64,000 nucleotides of DNA, taken from positions 4,969-68,968 of the forward strand of contig CAZPMW010000001.1 of NCBI GenBank assembly GCA_964587805.1. Direction: 5' to 3'. This document shows, piece after piece, positions 1-9,006 of this stretch. Both the position numbers and the translations under genes were made by a program. This stretch comes from an uncultured Elusimicrobiaceae bacterium. GTDB taxonomy: Bacteria > Elusimicrobiota > Elusimicrobia > Elusimicrobiales > UBA9959. The notes under the pieces were generated by a model. The model did no database searches and was not told the origin of the DNA. It saw only the letters and a list, made by a program, of their open reading frames with translations. The number at the start of each line of letters is the position of its first letter. The stretch's first letter is position 1.

Positions 1-1353
1 ATGACGCCCAAGATATACACCGTCAGCGAGCTCAGCCGGGGCATAAAGGCCCTGCTGGAGACCTCTTTCCGTGAACTCTGGGTTGAGGGCGAGATCTCCG
101 GGCTGAAGGTTTCGTCTTTGGGCCACACGTATTTCGACCTGAAGGACGCCGAGTCGAATATTTCGGGGGTCCTGTTCCGCGGCTGCGCGGCAGGCCTCAA
201 GTTCGAGCTGGAAAACGGCTTGCTGGTCCGTGTGCGCGGCAATATCACCACCTACGACAAGCAAAGCAAGTACCAGCTCATGGCGCGGGAGGTGCAGCCA
301 GCCGGCCAAGGGCCCCTCCAGCTCGCTTTCGAGCAGCTGAAGAAAAAATTACAGGCGGAGGGCCTGTTCGACCCGGCGCGCAAGCGCCCCCTTCCCGCCC
401 TGCCGCAGAAGATCGCCGTGGTAACCTCCCCTACAGGCGCCGCTATCAGAGATATCCTTTCCATACTTAAGCGCCGCTACGCCAATCTGCATATCATCCT
501 GGCACCCGTAAAGGTTCAGGGTTCTGGCGCGAAAGAGGAGATAGCCCAGGCGATTCAGGACCTGAATGAAAATTATCCTGACATTGACGTAATACTGGTG
601 GGCCGCGGCGGGGGCTCCATGGAGGACCTATGGGCCTTTAATGAGGAAATTGTAGCGCGGGCGATCGCCGGTTCCAGAATACCGGTTATCTCCTGCGTGG
701 GCCATGAAACCGATTTCACTATAGCGGATTTCGTGGCAGATCTGCGGGCCGCCACGCCATCGGCCGCGGCGGAGCTGGTTGTGAAGAGCAAAGTTGAGCT
801 GCTCGGCCAGGTGGCGGGCCTGGAGCGGCGCCTGCTGCAGAGCCTTCGCATTTACTACGAAAATCTATCTGGAAAGTACCGGCGTCTTGCTTCAAGCCGG
901 GCGCTCGTTAACCCGCTGTTCCTGCTCGAGAGGCCTTTACAGCGCCTTGACCGGGCAGTGGACGGGCTGCTGGATAGTTCCGGCGATAAGATGCGCCGTT
1001 CAATGGAAAGGCTGACACTGCAGACCGAGAAGCTAAAAGCTCTCAGTCCGCTTTTTCCGCTTAAGAAAGGTTACGCGATCGTTAAGAACAGCAGCGGAAA
1101 GGCCGTAAAAACCGCCGCCGGCCTGCGCGCCGGTGACCGGTTGTCCCTGCAGTTCTCGGAGGGCAGGGCCGACGCCGAGGTTATCACCGCGCTCCCTCCG
1201 GCCGGAGAGAATACGGCGGCCACAGAGCGCAAGACGCAGGCCGCAAGTGAGAAACCGCCGGATTCCGGAAGCGCTGTCAGGGAAACCGGGAGAACGCGGC
1301 GCGGCGGCGTAGAAAAAACTGACAAGGAACACGAACAGGAGAATTTATGGTAA
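1..1353 (+). CDS. xseA: Exodeoxyribonuclease VII large subunit
   Basis: 450-aa ORF. The N-terminus (YTVSELSRGIKALLE...LWVEGEISG...GHTYFDLKD) matches the XseA OB-fold start. It overlaps the downstream xseB by 7 nt. The ATG at position 1 appears to be the true start. Confidence 0.9.
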   Translation: MTPKIYTVSELSRGIKALLETSFRELWVEGEISGLKVSSLGHTYFDLKDAESNISGVLFRGCAAGLKFELENGLLVRVRGNITTYDKQSKYQLMAREVQPAGQGPLQLAFEQLKKKLQAEGLFDPARKRPLPALPQKIAVVTSPTGAAIRDILSILKRRYANLHIILAPVKVQGSGAKEEIAQAIQDLNENYPDIDVILVGRGGGSMEDLWAFNEEIVARAIAGSRIPVISCVGHETDFTIADFVADLRAATPSAAAELVVKSKVELLGQVAGLERRLLQSLRIYYENLSGKYRRLASSRALVNPLFLLERPLQRLDRAVDGLLDSSGDKMRRSMERLTLQTEKLKALSPLFPLKKGYAIVKNSSGKAVKTAAGLRAGDRLSLQFSEGRADAEVITALPPAGENTAATERKTQAASEKPPDSGSAVRETGRTRRGGVEKTDKEHEQENLW

Positions 1354-1592
1354 AAAAAGCCAATGCCGGTGGTTTTGAGGAAAAGCTGGGCAAGCTTGAA
1401 GAGATCGTAGCAAAGCTTGAGGATGAGCAAACCCCTATAGAGGAATCTCTCTCTCTGTTCGAAGAGGGGGTGGGCATCTCAAAAGAGCTTTTGGAGAAAC
1501 TGGAGGAGATCAAGCGCAAAATTGAGATACTCCGGAAAGATGCCGAGGGTAAATTGAAGCTGGAAAAATTCGAAGAAGAACTAAAAGATTAG
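1347..1592 (+). CDS. xseB: Exodeoxyribonuclease VII small subunit
   Basis: 81-aa helical ORF with FEEKLGKLEEIVAKLE...LSLFEEG, typical of XseB. Translationally coupled to xseA. Confidence 0.85.
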   Translation: MVKKANAGGFEEKLGKLEEIVAKLEDEQTPIEESLSLFEEGVGISKELLEKLEEIKRKIEILRKDAEGKLKLEKFEEELKD

Positions 1593-1615
1593 CCGGCCGG
1601 CAGCGTTATTCCTCT

Positions 1616-2353
1616 ATGAAAATCCGACTGGATATCGCCTGCGTTGCACGGGGGCTGTTCGAGTCCCGGGAGAAGGCCCAGGCCTCGATAATGGCCGGGT
1701 TGGTTAAAGTTAACGGCCTGCAGGCCGATAAGGCCGGGAAGTCCGTTAAAGAGGCCGACCTGATAGAGATAATCAAAGCGGATTGCCCATATGTCTCCAG
1801 GGGCGGCCTTAAGCTCAAAGGGGCCGTGGATAATTTTAAAATAGACGTTAGAGGCAGGATCTGCCTGGACGTGGGCGCAGCGACAGGCGGGTTTTCCGAT
1901 TGTTTTCTGCAGGAGGGGGCTGAGAGGGTGTACGCTGTTGACGTAGGGGAAGGGCAGATCCATGAAAAGATCAGGAACCATCCCAAAGTAGTCTTTATCC
2001 CGCGGACCAACGCCAGGTTCCTGAAACCGGATGTTTTTCAGGAACCGCCGGAAATAGCGGCCATTGATGTCTCTTTCATCTCGCTGAAGCTTATTCTCGG
2101 TCCTGTCCTGAATGCCGTCGCCGGCGCCGCGCAAATTATCGCTCTTATAAAACCGCAGTTCGAGCTGGAGCCCCGGGACCTGAAGCGCGGCATTGTCAGG
2201 GACGATGACTCAAGGCTGAAAGCCGTGGCCGGATTGCGGAAATTCGTTTCTGAAGAGCTTAAGGAACTTTCGGAAGCAGGCCTGATGGAATCGCCCATCA
2301 AAGGCGCCAAGGGGAATATCGAGTACCTGTGGCACCTGAAGAAAACCGTCTGA
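1616..2353 (+). CDS. tlyA: TlyA-family rRNA 2'-O-methyltransferase (S4 domain + FtsJ-like methyltransferase)
   Basis: RLDIACVARGLFESREKAQ...VKVNG (S4 domain), then YVSRGGLKLKGA and LDVGAATGGFSDCFLQEGA...VYAVDVG (SAM-binding motif). Confidence 0.85.
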   Translation: MKIRLDIACVARGLFESREKAQASIMAGLVKVNGLQADKAGKSVKEADLIEIIKADCPYVSRGGLKLKGAVDNFKIDVRGRICLDVGAATGGFSDCFLQEGAERVYAVDVGEGQIHEKIRNHPKVVFIPRTNARFLKPDVFQEPPEIAAIDVSFISLKLILGPVLNAVAGAAQIIALIKPQFELEPRDLKRGIVRDDDSRLKAVAGLRKFVSEELKELSEAGLMESPIKGAKGNIEYLWHLKKTV

Positions 2354-2360
2354 CCTCAGG

Positions 2361-2532
2361 CCGTCTGAAGGCCATAGGCTAGGCGGGACCCCTTCCGGAA
2401 GATTGACCCACAGGCGGGCACCGCTCCGCGGTTCCCCCTACGTTTTGAGGCGCATAGCGCTTGTTACGGCACAGCCATAGGCTAGGCCGTTTTGAGGCGC
2501 ATAGCGCTTGTTACGGCACAGCCATAGGCTAG
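2361..2532. repeat. Tandem copies of a 45-47-nt repeat family: short copy 2361-2383, full copies 2441-2486 and 2488-2532
   Basis: cgttttgaggcgcatagcgcttgttacggcacagccataggctag occurs twice head-to-tail. At 2361-2383, ccgtctgaag+gccataggctagg is the same unit lacking its 24-nt core. The last copy supplies the stop codon (2529-2531) of the minus-strand methyltransferase gene. A fourth copy lies at 55081-55125. Confidence 0.85.
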
Positions 2533-3812
2533 TTCCTGTCAAAGACCAGCAGGGTTTCCATATGCGGGGTGTTGGGGTAGAAGTCGAAAGCCGCGCTGCG
2601 GACCAGCTTGTATTTTTCAAGGAAGAAGGCTGCGTCCCGCCCCTGGGTTATCGGGTTGCATGAAAGGTAAATTATCTTCTTCGGCAGTAATTCCATTATA
2701 TTCCTCACCACTTTCTGATGCAGCCCAGCCCTCGGGGGGTCCAGCACCAGTATGTCCGCGTCACGCAGCAGGGAGGCATCGGCTTTTTCCATCATCGAGC
2801 AGAGCACCTCAAAATTTTCCGCTTTATTCTGCGCCGCGTTCAGCCGGGCGTATTTAACTGAACTCGGCACCGATTCTACCGCGTAGATCTTCTCTCCCAT
2901 ATCCCGGAGCGCCAGGCCTATGGCGCCGACCCCGGAGTAGAGGTCTATGATCTTCCCGCATTTGAATGAAGCGGCGCGTATTTCCTTCAGGGCTTCTTCA
3001 AAAAGCTCCATATTGTTCTGGAAAAAGCAGTCAAAACCGTATGACAACATGGTGTCGCAGACCTTCTCAGTTACGAAATCGTTGCCCCAGGCGCTGATAA
3101 TCTCGTCGGCGGAACTCATGGGGCTTAAGGGGTTTGAGTATGCGGCTATAAAGCCGCTCAGTCCCTCCAGCCTGAATTCCGGCAGAGCGATGTCCTTCCT
3201 TTTCAGGAACAAAACCGCCAGCCGCTCGCCGGTGTTTTTCGCCTCGCGGAAGATGAGGGTCTTGAGGTCGGAGGTGGTGAGACCGGCCGTGTTGAGCGCC
3301 TCGAGTATTTTGAGAGCGATAACGTTAGTCGCGCCGCTCATAAGCGCGCAGCCTTCCGGCAGTGAGTACATGTCCCGGTAGTTGCCGCGCTTATGAAAAG
3401 CGAAGGCCAGTTTCCCGTTGTCGATCGTGAAGCTGTACTCTATCTTGGTGCGGTAGCCGAAAAGCGTTTTAGCCTCGTAGAACTTGTCCAGGCGGACAAT
3501 CTCTTTGGTGGTCTGGTACAGCAGGTCTTCTACCAGGCCTTTTTTGATCTCGGCCTGCAGCGGGTAGTCCATGATCTGCCAGGGGGAGCAGCTTAAATAG
3601 TGGTCCTCTTTCGGCGCGACCCTTCGCGCGGAGGGGGTCAGCACTTCAATAAGTTCCGCCTCCATGAAATTGCGCTTTTCCATGGTTACGCGGACGCGGG
3701 CCGTTTCGCCTGGCAGCACGCCGTAGGCGAATACCACTTTCCCGTCGTGGCGGCCGAGGGCTTTCCCCTCGCCTACTATTTTTTTGAATTCCAGCGTCAG
3801 TTCCTTGATCAT
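2529..3812 (-). CDS. RumA/TrmA-family RNA (uracil-5-)-methyltransferase (TRAM domain + SAM methyltransferase)
   Basis: The N-terminal TRAM-like region (GEGKALGRHDGKVVFAYGVLPGETARV) is followed by the SAM motif (IIDLYSGVGAIGLAL) and C-terminal VLDPPRAGL...IIYLSCNP. Start is moved to the ATG at 3812-3810 (MIKELTLEF), which is preceded by ggag at proper spacing. The 55-codon upstream extension in the ORF track lacks an RBS. Confidence 0.8.
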   Translation of the reverse strand: MIKELTLEFKKIVGEGKALGRHDGKVVFAYGVLPGETARVRVTMEKRNFMEAELIEVLTPSARRVAPKEDHYLSCSPWQIMDYPLQAEIKKGLVEDLLYQTTKEIVRLDKFYEAKTLFGYRTKIEYSFTIDNGKLAFAFHKRGNYRDMYSLPEGCALMSGATNVIALKILEALNTAGLTTSDLKTLIFREAKNTGERLAVLFLKRKDIALPEFRLEGLSGFIAAYSNPLSPMSSADEIISAWGNDFVTEKVCDTMLSYGFDCFFQNNMELFEEALKEIRAASFKCGKIIDLYSGVGAIGLALRDMGEKIYAVESVPSSVKYARLNAAQNKAENFEVLCSMMEKADASLLRDADILVLDPPRAGLHQKVVRNIMELLPKKIIYLSCNPITQGRDAAFFLEKYKLVRSAAFDFYPNTPHMETLLVFDRN

Positions 3813-3930
3813 GTAATTAACTCCTGCAGCGCGCGCGGCCCTGTTACATTTAATATAATTTGGGCGGCGGGGACAAATGATTCCGTGAGGCCCGGGAGAA
3901 CCGGCGTCCTCGCGCACGGGGAGCGATATT

Positions 3931-4893
3931 ATGAACGGCGGCTTAAAATATAAATTCATGGCCACGGTGGCTTTCATGTTCCTGTTGCCTTTTCTCGTGC
4001 TGAGCCTGCATTTCGCCCGCGGCTACAAGGAACTGGAAAAGATGGAAGTTCTCGGCCGCATGGGCCTCAGGACGAGGACGGCCGCCAATACCGCGGCCGA
4101 CCTGCTGGAGCGCAATTATAACGCTGCCGGCCTGGCGGCGTCGCCCGGTTTTATCAGCACTTCTGGAGAAGCCAGGAGGAAAATGCTGGAGAGCCGGATA
4201 AAGGATAATCCCAGCATATATTCCGGGTTCGCCGTGCTATCGGCCTCCGGAAAGGAAACTCTGAGAACAGGGCAGGCCTCTTCCAGCGGCCTTCAGGACC
4301 ATTCAAAGACAGAGTTGTTTAAAAAGACCGTCGCCGGGCTTTCTCCGGCTGGGGCGGTGGAGTACGGAGAATATACTCCGCCAGTCCTTGTCATGATAGC
4401 GCCGATTCCGGCGGGCCGCGGCGCCAGGGACGGGAGCTTTCTGCTGGCGCGCATGAGCCTGGCCTACCTCGGAGAGGCTGTGCGTATCATGGGCCGATCT
4501 TCGTACGGAGACCTAGGCCTTCTGGACGCCGGAGGCCAGCTGATCAGCGATTCTCTGGGATATTCCATAATGAAGCCCGGAATAAAGGCTCCGGCCGAAG
4601 TGCTCCGCGTGGTGAACGCCGCGGCTGCAAAGGGATTTGACGATCTTAAGACAGGAAACTTTATTAAGGGGCGCACGCAGTTTGTTTCCGTGTCCAGAGT
4701 AAGCGGCACGCGCTGGTGGATTTTCGAAACGGCGGATGCCGTCACGCCGCTGAATTACGCTTACGCTTTCTGGGTGAAACGCGTGATCCTTACAGGCGTT
4801 CTGCTCATATTCATCTTCTCCTTCATTACTTATAAGCTGGCCCTCCGCTGGCTTGCGGCCAAACCTCCGGCTGCCGGTGGCGCGGGGATCTGA
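3931..4893 (+). CDS. Membrane protein with a periplasmic Cache-like sensor region bracketed by two TM helices and no output domain
   Basis: An N-terminal TM helix (ATVAFMFLLPFLVLSL) is followed by about 250 aa of extracytoplasmic region, then a C-terminal TM helix (VILTGVLLIFIFSFITYKL) and a short Pro/Ala/Gly tail. The fold assignment rests on architecture only. The start could instead be the ATG at 3958. Confidence 0.55.
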   Translation: MNGGLKYKFMATVAFMFLLPFLVLSLHFARGYKELEKMEVLGRMGLRTRTAANTAADLLERNYNAAGLAASPGFISTSGEARRKMLESRIKDNPSIYSGFAVLSASGKETLRTGQASSSGLQDHSKTELFKKTVAGLSPAGAVEYGEYTPPVLVMIAPIPAGRGARDGSFLLARMSLAYLGEAVRIMGRSSYGDLGLLDAGGQLISDSLGYSIMKPGIKAPAEVLRVVNAAAAKGFDDLKTGNFIKGRTQFVSVSRVSGTRWWIFETADAVTPLNYAYAFWVKRVILTGVLLIFIFSFITYKLALRWLAAKPPAAGGAGI

Positions 4894-5056
4894 CAGCCCT
4901 GACGTTTTGCGGGCGGGAAGATTATAGCCAGCGCTCCACGGGGCCCCGCGGAGCCGCTACTGCCATAGCGGACCCATATCCGCTGATGTATTTTATATAA
5001 TACTGGTGTCGGGGGTTCGGTACGCTATTCCGCTTGTGACGACAGGAGACTTCGTT

Positions 5057-6553
5057 GTGCTGCGTTCTAATCCGCATCTCATAGAGATCAACGCCAGGTT
5101 GTGGCTCAAAACTCTGAGGAAGAAATATTCCCTCAGGGAGATGACGATCTCTTCCATTCCCGAAGAGGAGTGGATGGAGCTTAAGCATTTGGGGTTCGAC
5201 ATCGTGTGGTTGATGGGCGTATGGGCTCCCAGTCCCGCGTCCGCCGCGCTGGCGCGAGCCGATGCCAAGCTTTGCGAGGCTCTGAATAATATCTCTCCCG
5301 GTCTGAACAAGGAAGCCATAGGTTCCTCGCCCTACTCCGTACACGGGTATCAGCTTAATCCCGAACTCGGCCTGGAGTGGGAACTCAAGGCTCTCAAAGA
5401 AAAGCTGAACGCCATGGGGATGAAGCTGCTGCTGGATTTTGTCTCCAATCACTCATCCAGGGACGGCGCTTTCCTCCGGGAATGCCCGGAATGCTTTATC
5501 ACCGGCACGGCGGACGATTTCAAGGCCCATCCGGACTGGTTTTTTGAGACGGAAATAAACGGGCGCAAAACCTACGTCGCGTATGGCCGGGATCCCAATT
5601 TCCCGGCCTGGACCGATTCCGCCCAGTTTAATTACTTCAATCCCCGCACGCGCGAAAAACGGCTTGAGCTCCTTCTTCAGCTGGCCGAAGTCTGCGATGG
5701 CGTGCGCTGCGATATGGTGATGCTGACCCTGAACGATATCCATGAGAGCACCTGGGGCCGGCTGCTGGGTAAGAGCGGGTTCAGGAAGCCGGAGGAGGAG
5801 TTCTGGGATCACGCAATACGCACGGTTCAGGCGGCGCATCCGGAGTTCATCTTCCTGGCCGAGGTCTATTGGGGTCTGGAGTGGCAGGTTCAGCTGATGG
5901 GCTTCGATTATACCTACGACAAGGTCACTCTGGACCGTCTGCGCTTCATGGGTGCCGAAGAGATGAAAGGGCATCTGCGCGCCGAAAAGCTTTACCAGAA
6001 GCGTTCCGTTCGCTTCATCGACAACCATGACGAGGTTCCTTCAATAGAGGCTTTTGGCCGGGAGAAGGCCTTTGCCGCCGCAGTGATAATGTCCACTATT
6101 AAGGGGCTCAGGTTCTATACCGATATGCAGCTGGAGGGACTGCGCCATAAAGTGCCGATCCAGCTCAACGATATCTGGGAACATAAAGCTGATCTGACCG
6201 TGCGCAAGTTTTATGAAAAGCTTTTAAAGATAGTGGATCATCCTGCCTTCCACGGCGGGGAGTGGAATCTGCTTGACGTGCGCCAGTGCTCCCCGCAGAA
6301 CCATTCCAGCAGTAATATTCTGGCCTGGAGTTGGGCGCAGCGGCGCACTATCAAGATCGTGGCCGTCAACTACTCCGCCTCGCCGTCCTGCGGCCTGGTG
6401 GTTACGCCCATGAAAGGCACCGGCGAGAATACCGCTATTTTCGAAGAGCTTTCAGACAGGTTCTTTTCTTTTAAAGCGGACAGCCTCGCCGAAGGCCTGC
6501 TGCTCACCGAGATGGCTCCTTATTCGGCTCACATCTTCGATATTGAGTTCTGA
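5057..6553 (+). CDS. GH13-family alpha-glucan enzyme (alpha-amylase catalytic-domain protein)
   Basis: All four GH13 signature regions are present: DFVSNHSS, GVRCDMVML, FLAEVYW and FIDNHDE. A GTG start at 5057 is preferred because aggaga lies 7 nt upstream. The track start at 5006 is a GTG only 5 nt after a TATAAT (4996-5001). Confidence 0.8.
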   Translation: MLRSNPHLIEINARLWLKTLRKKYSLREMTISSIPEEEWMELKHLGFDIVWLMGVWAPSPASAALARADAKLCEALNNISPGLNKEAIGSSPYSVHGYQLNPELGLEWELKALKEKLNAMGMKLLLDFVSNHSSRDGAFLRECPECFITGTADDFKAHPDWFFETEINGRKTYVAYGRDPNFPAWTDSAQFNYFNPRTREKRLELLLQLAEVCDGVRCDMVMLTLNDIHESTWGRLLGKSGFRKPEEEFWDHAIRTVQAAHPEFIFLAEVYWGLEWQVQLMGFDYTYDKVTLDRLRFMGAEEMKGHLRAEKLYQKRSVRFIDNHDEVPSIEAFGREKAFAAAVIMSTIKGLRFYTDMQLEGLRHKVPIQLNDIWEHKADLTVRKFYEKLLKIVDHPAFHGGEWNLLDVRQCSPQNHSSSNILAWSWAQRRTIKIVAVNYSASPSCGLVVTPMKGTGENTAIFEELSDRFFSFKADSLAEGLLLTEMAPYSAHIFDIEF

Positions 6554-6555
6554 CC

Positions 6556-6579
6556 GTAAAATCCAGAGCCGGATTTTAC
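6556..6579. terminator. Hairpin between convergent genes (candidate bidirectional terminator)
   Basis: gtaaaatcc-agagcc-ggattttac forms a 9-bp perfect stem with a 6-nt loop. It sits in the 42-nt gap between the GH13 stop and the comF stop. There is no long U-tract. Confidence 0.45.
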
Positions 6580-6595
6580 CTCGCTCTCTGATCCT

Positions 6596-7348
6596 TTATA
6601 TAAAGTCCTTCCTGACAGGCTCACGCGCCAGCGTGAAGACCGCGGCGCCGGAGGCCCCGGCCTCGGTCAGCGTCCTGGCCAGCTCTTCCGCGGTGGAAAG
6701 GGTGGTGGAGACATCGTCTATTATAAGGATACGCCTGCCCCTCACCAGTTCCGGGGCGGTCACTTTGAAGGCGCCCTTCACATTCTTATGCCGCTCGGCT
6801 TTTGACAGCCCTGCCTGCGGCGGCGTCTTACGTATTCTCTCCGCAGCCCCCTCAAGCAGAAAAAGCTTACGTTCCCTGGCCAGGACTCCGGCCAGGAGCC
6901 GGGACTGGTTGAAGCCGCGCTCCCGCTCCCGGTCTTTAAAGAGGGGGACGGCGAGCGCGAAATTATAAGCTCTGAGCTCAGGCCGAAGGTCGTAGGCCCG
7001 GACCATCTCCTGGCCCAGCGATTCAGCCAGCCCTGTTCTGCCGCGGTATTTGAAAGCATGAATAAGCGATCTGAGGACGGGATTGAACGCGAACGCGGAG
7101 CGCGCAAGGTCGATGGCTGAGCCGCCGGCCCCGTGCGCGCGGCAGCTGAAACAGCGCTCTCCTCCGGATTTAAGCGGTAAGCCGCATCTCTGACAGCACA
7201 ATCCTGTTATCGGCTCAAGGGAGGCGCGGCAGGCCGCGCACAACGGTCCGGCCTCCAGGTAATGCAGGTCCTCCATGCAGTGAGAGCATGTTGCGGGCAG
7301 CAGGACATGCAGCAGATACTTGAAAGATTTAAAAACAAGATTTCGCAC
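6596..7348 (-). CDS. comF: ComF-family protein (amidophosphoribosyltransferase-like)
   Basis: N-terminal Cys clusters (CSHC...CAAC...CQRCG...CFSC) form a zinc finger. The C-terminal PRTase motif is ILIIDDVSTTLST. Confidence 0.8.
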   Translation of the reverse strand: MRNLVFKSFKYLLHVLLPATCSHCMEDLHYLEAGPLCAACRASLEPITGLCCQRCGLPLKSGGERCFSCRAHGAGGSAIDLARSAFAFNPVLRSLIHAFKYRGRTGLAESLGQEMVRAYDLRPELRAYNFALAVPLFKDRERERGFNQSRLLAGVLARERKLFLLEGAAERIRKTPPQAGLSKAERHKNVKGAFKVTAPELVRGRRILIIDDVSTTLSTAEELARTLTEAGASGAAVFTLAREPVRKDFI

Positions 7349-7401
7349 TGTTCCTGCCTGGCGGGCTTCGGCGCTCCTGAAATCGCGCGGGCGAACCCGG
7401 C

Positions 7402-9003
7402 TTAGAACTGGAAGGTCAGCGTAGAGCCGCCCTGATAAGAAATGTACTCGTCCTCTTTAACGTAGCGGTGCCAGTACCGCTGTATGCCGGCGTTGAAAGT
7501 GAGGCGCAGGTTTTTAGCGGCCTCGTAGTCGGCGCTGGAGTTGAGCGTGAATAAACGGTTGTTGTCCGCCAGTGTGATCGGTGATCGCTTGCAGGCGTAG
7601 GTCAGGGTGGTGGTCCAGGTTATGCGGTGAGTGAGAGAGAAAGTGCGCTTAATGAACGGCAGCTTCAGGCCGCTGGGCAGTTGCGTGTCGGTCTTTATCA
7701 GAAGGCTCGGGGTGATGATCTCCGTGTTCTGTGTTACGATGCCAAGCCCGCCCTTTGTGATATCCTGGGCGTAGTCCACCTTCGGAGTGAAGCGGAACGT
7801 TCTGTAGTCGAACGCGCTCTGGAGCGTGGCGTCCTGGTGGCGCGAACTCCCGACCTTCATCATAAGCCGCAGATCCTTGCGGCTGGTGAGTCTGGTGTTG
7901 TAGCTCATGGCGGTATCGAAGTAGCCAAGAAGCTTGAACCGCAGGTCGCCGCCGTAGGCGTCGGAAAGATCCAGGCTTATCAGCTTGGTCTCGTTGGAAT
8001 TCTTGGAATACTTTAGATTGAGCGTGTTGTTCTGCAGCCAGCGGGTTGTATGGGTCAGATACTCAAGCTGGGAGATGGAGAAAATCAGATCCGGGAAGGT
8101 GCGGTTGACGCTTCTCGTTATGGTGCCGGTAACCTCGGACCTCTGCACGGAATTAGTGAAGTTGTTGGTTATGCTTATGGTCTTAATGGGCGTCATCGTC
8201 CCCTTTAAAGCGAAGCCCTCGAACGGCTGCCAGCGCTGTGAGGAACTTACGGTGTCGCGCAATGTGACGGAGTTCCTTTGCGCGAAATATCCTTTCGGGT
8301 TGAAGGAATCACGCAGCCAGAGCTTCCACCTTAGATCCTGGCCCTTTCCTATGTTCTGCCAGGAATCGCCGTCCTGGGTCTGGTAGTTGGAGGAGAAGAT
8401 CATCGAGCGCAGGAAGCGGTTGCCGGGCATCAGATCGTTGAGGTTCAGTGTCAGATTTACGCCGCCCTGGGCGGTGCGGTTCACTGTTTTGAGCTCCCCG
8501 ACCTCGAAGACCGCCGAGGTCGAAAGTTTAGTGACGGTTATGGCGTTCAGGTTATTGTTCTCCATAGTGGTTATGGAATAGTTCGCTCCGGGGTTCAGCC
8601 AGGAGAAGAACATGAAATTGGAGTTGAAATCCACGGTCTGCTGCATCGATTTGGGGTAGCGCTCTATCAGGTCCGGAGTGGACAGACGGTAGCGTTTTTC
8701 CTTAACCTGCTGCAGGGAATAGCCGGGGTTGAACGAGGAGCCGCGCCAGGGGGTGAAGCCCAGCTTTCCCCCGTAGATGTCGGTGCGCTCGTTCGTGTTG
8801 AAAAGGCCGGTGGCGGCTGTGGTGGTCAGTTCAACCGCGTTGTACGCAACCTTGTTCTTGGCCAAAGAGTAATTAGCGGTGATAGTGTTCGGCAGCGCGA
8901 AGAAGTTCAGCGGAGAGGTGTAGGTCATGTTGCCGGAGTAGGCGTCAATGTCATCCCTGCGCTGCAGCAGGTTATAATCAGTCCGGTTTTTAGTGTAGCT
9001 GAA
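7402..9003 (-). CDS. Continuation of the giant protein frame: C-terminal 533-codon beta-barrel-like segment
   Basis: In frame with 9004-12783 (FSYTKNRTDYNLLQRRDDIDAYSGN then MTYTSPLNFF...). Alternating hydrophobic beta-strand pattern. Ends ...GGSTLTFQF with a terminal aromatic residue, typical of OMP barrels. No RBS or promoter is evident before the internal ATG. Confidence 0.7.
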   Translation of the reverse strand, partial: FSYTKNRTDYNLLQRRDDIDAYSGNMTYTSPLNFFALPNTITANYSLAKNKVAYNAVELTTTAATGLFNTNERTDIYGGKLGFTPWRGSSFNPGYSLQQVKEKRYRLSTPDLIERYPKSMQQTVDFNSNFMFFSWLNPGANYSITTMENNNLNAITVTKLSTSAVFEVGELKTVNRTAQGGVNLTLNLNDLMPGNRFLRSMIFSSNYQTQDGDSWQNIGKGQDLRWKLWLRDSFNPKGYFAQRNSVTLRDTVSSSQRWQPFEGFALKGTMTPIKTISITNNFTNSVQRSEVTGTITRSVNRTFPDLIFSISQLEYLTHTTRWLQNNTLNLKYSKNSNETKLISLDLSDAYGGDLRFKLLGYFDTAMSYNTRLTSRKDLRLMMKVGSSRHQDATLQSAFDYRTFRFTPKVDYAQDITKGGLGIVTQNTEIITPSLLIKTDTQLPSGLKLPFIKRTFSLTHRITWTTTLTYACKRSPITLADNNRLFTLNSSADYEAAKNLRLTFNAGIQRYWHRYVKEDEYISYQGGSTLTFQF

Positions 9004-9006
9004 TCA
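9004..9006 (-). other. Single in-frame TGA separating two halves of one reading frame
   Basis: On the minus strand the sequence reads ...ccg aag ctg TGA ttc agc tac act aaa.... All 25 codons between the TGA and the next ATG (8928) are open and in the same frame. Confidence 0.9.

Noticed and set aside
2441-2532. Tandem 46-47-nt repeats as a possible CRISPR array.
   Set aside because: Only two units are present and they are directly abutting, with no spacers and no cas genes. The same unit occurs singly at 55081-55125. This is a dispersed repeat family, not CRISPR.
5006-5056. The GTG at 5006 as the GH13 start, possibly leaderless since it lies 5 nt after the TATAAT at 4996-5001.
   Set aside because: Leaderless initiation strongly prefers AUG. 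A GTG at 5057 has a good aggaga SD at 7-nt spacing and still precedes the conserved HLIEINARLWL N-terminal motif. The 5006 start is kept only as an alternative.
9004-9006. The in-frame TGA of the giant protein gene as a selenocysteine codon or as evidence of a reassigned genetic code.
   Set aside because: TGA clearly terminates several well-conserved genes in the window (tlyA, GH13, lptG, the Cache-like gene). No SECIS-like stem-loop starts within the ~10-20 nt after the TGA; the only hairpin, cctgc-N6-gcagg, is 5 bp and about 33 nt away. No sel genes are visible here. Error, nonsense mutation or read-through are more parsimonious.
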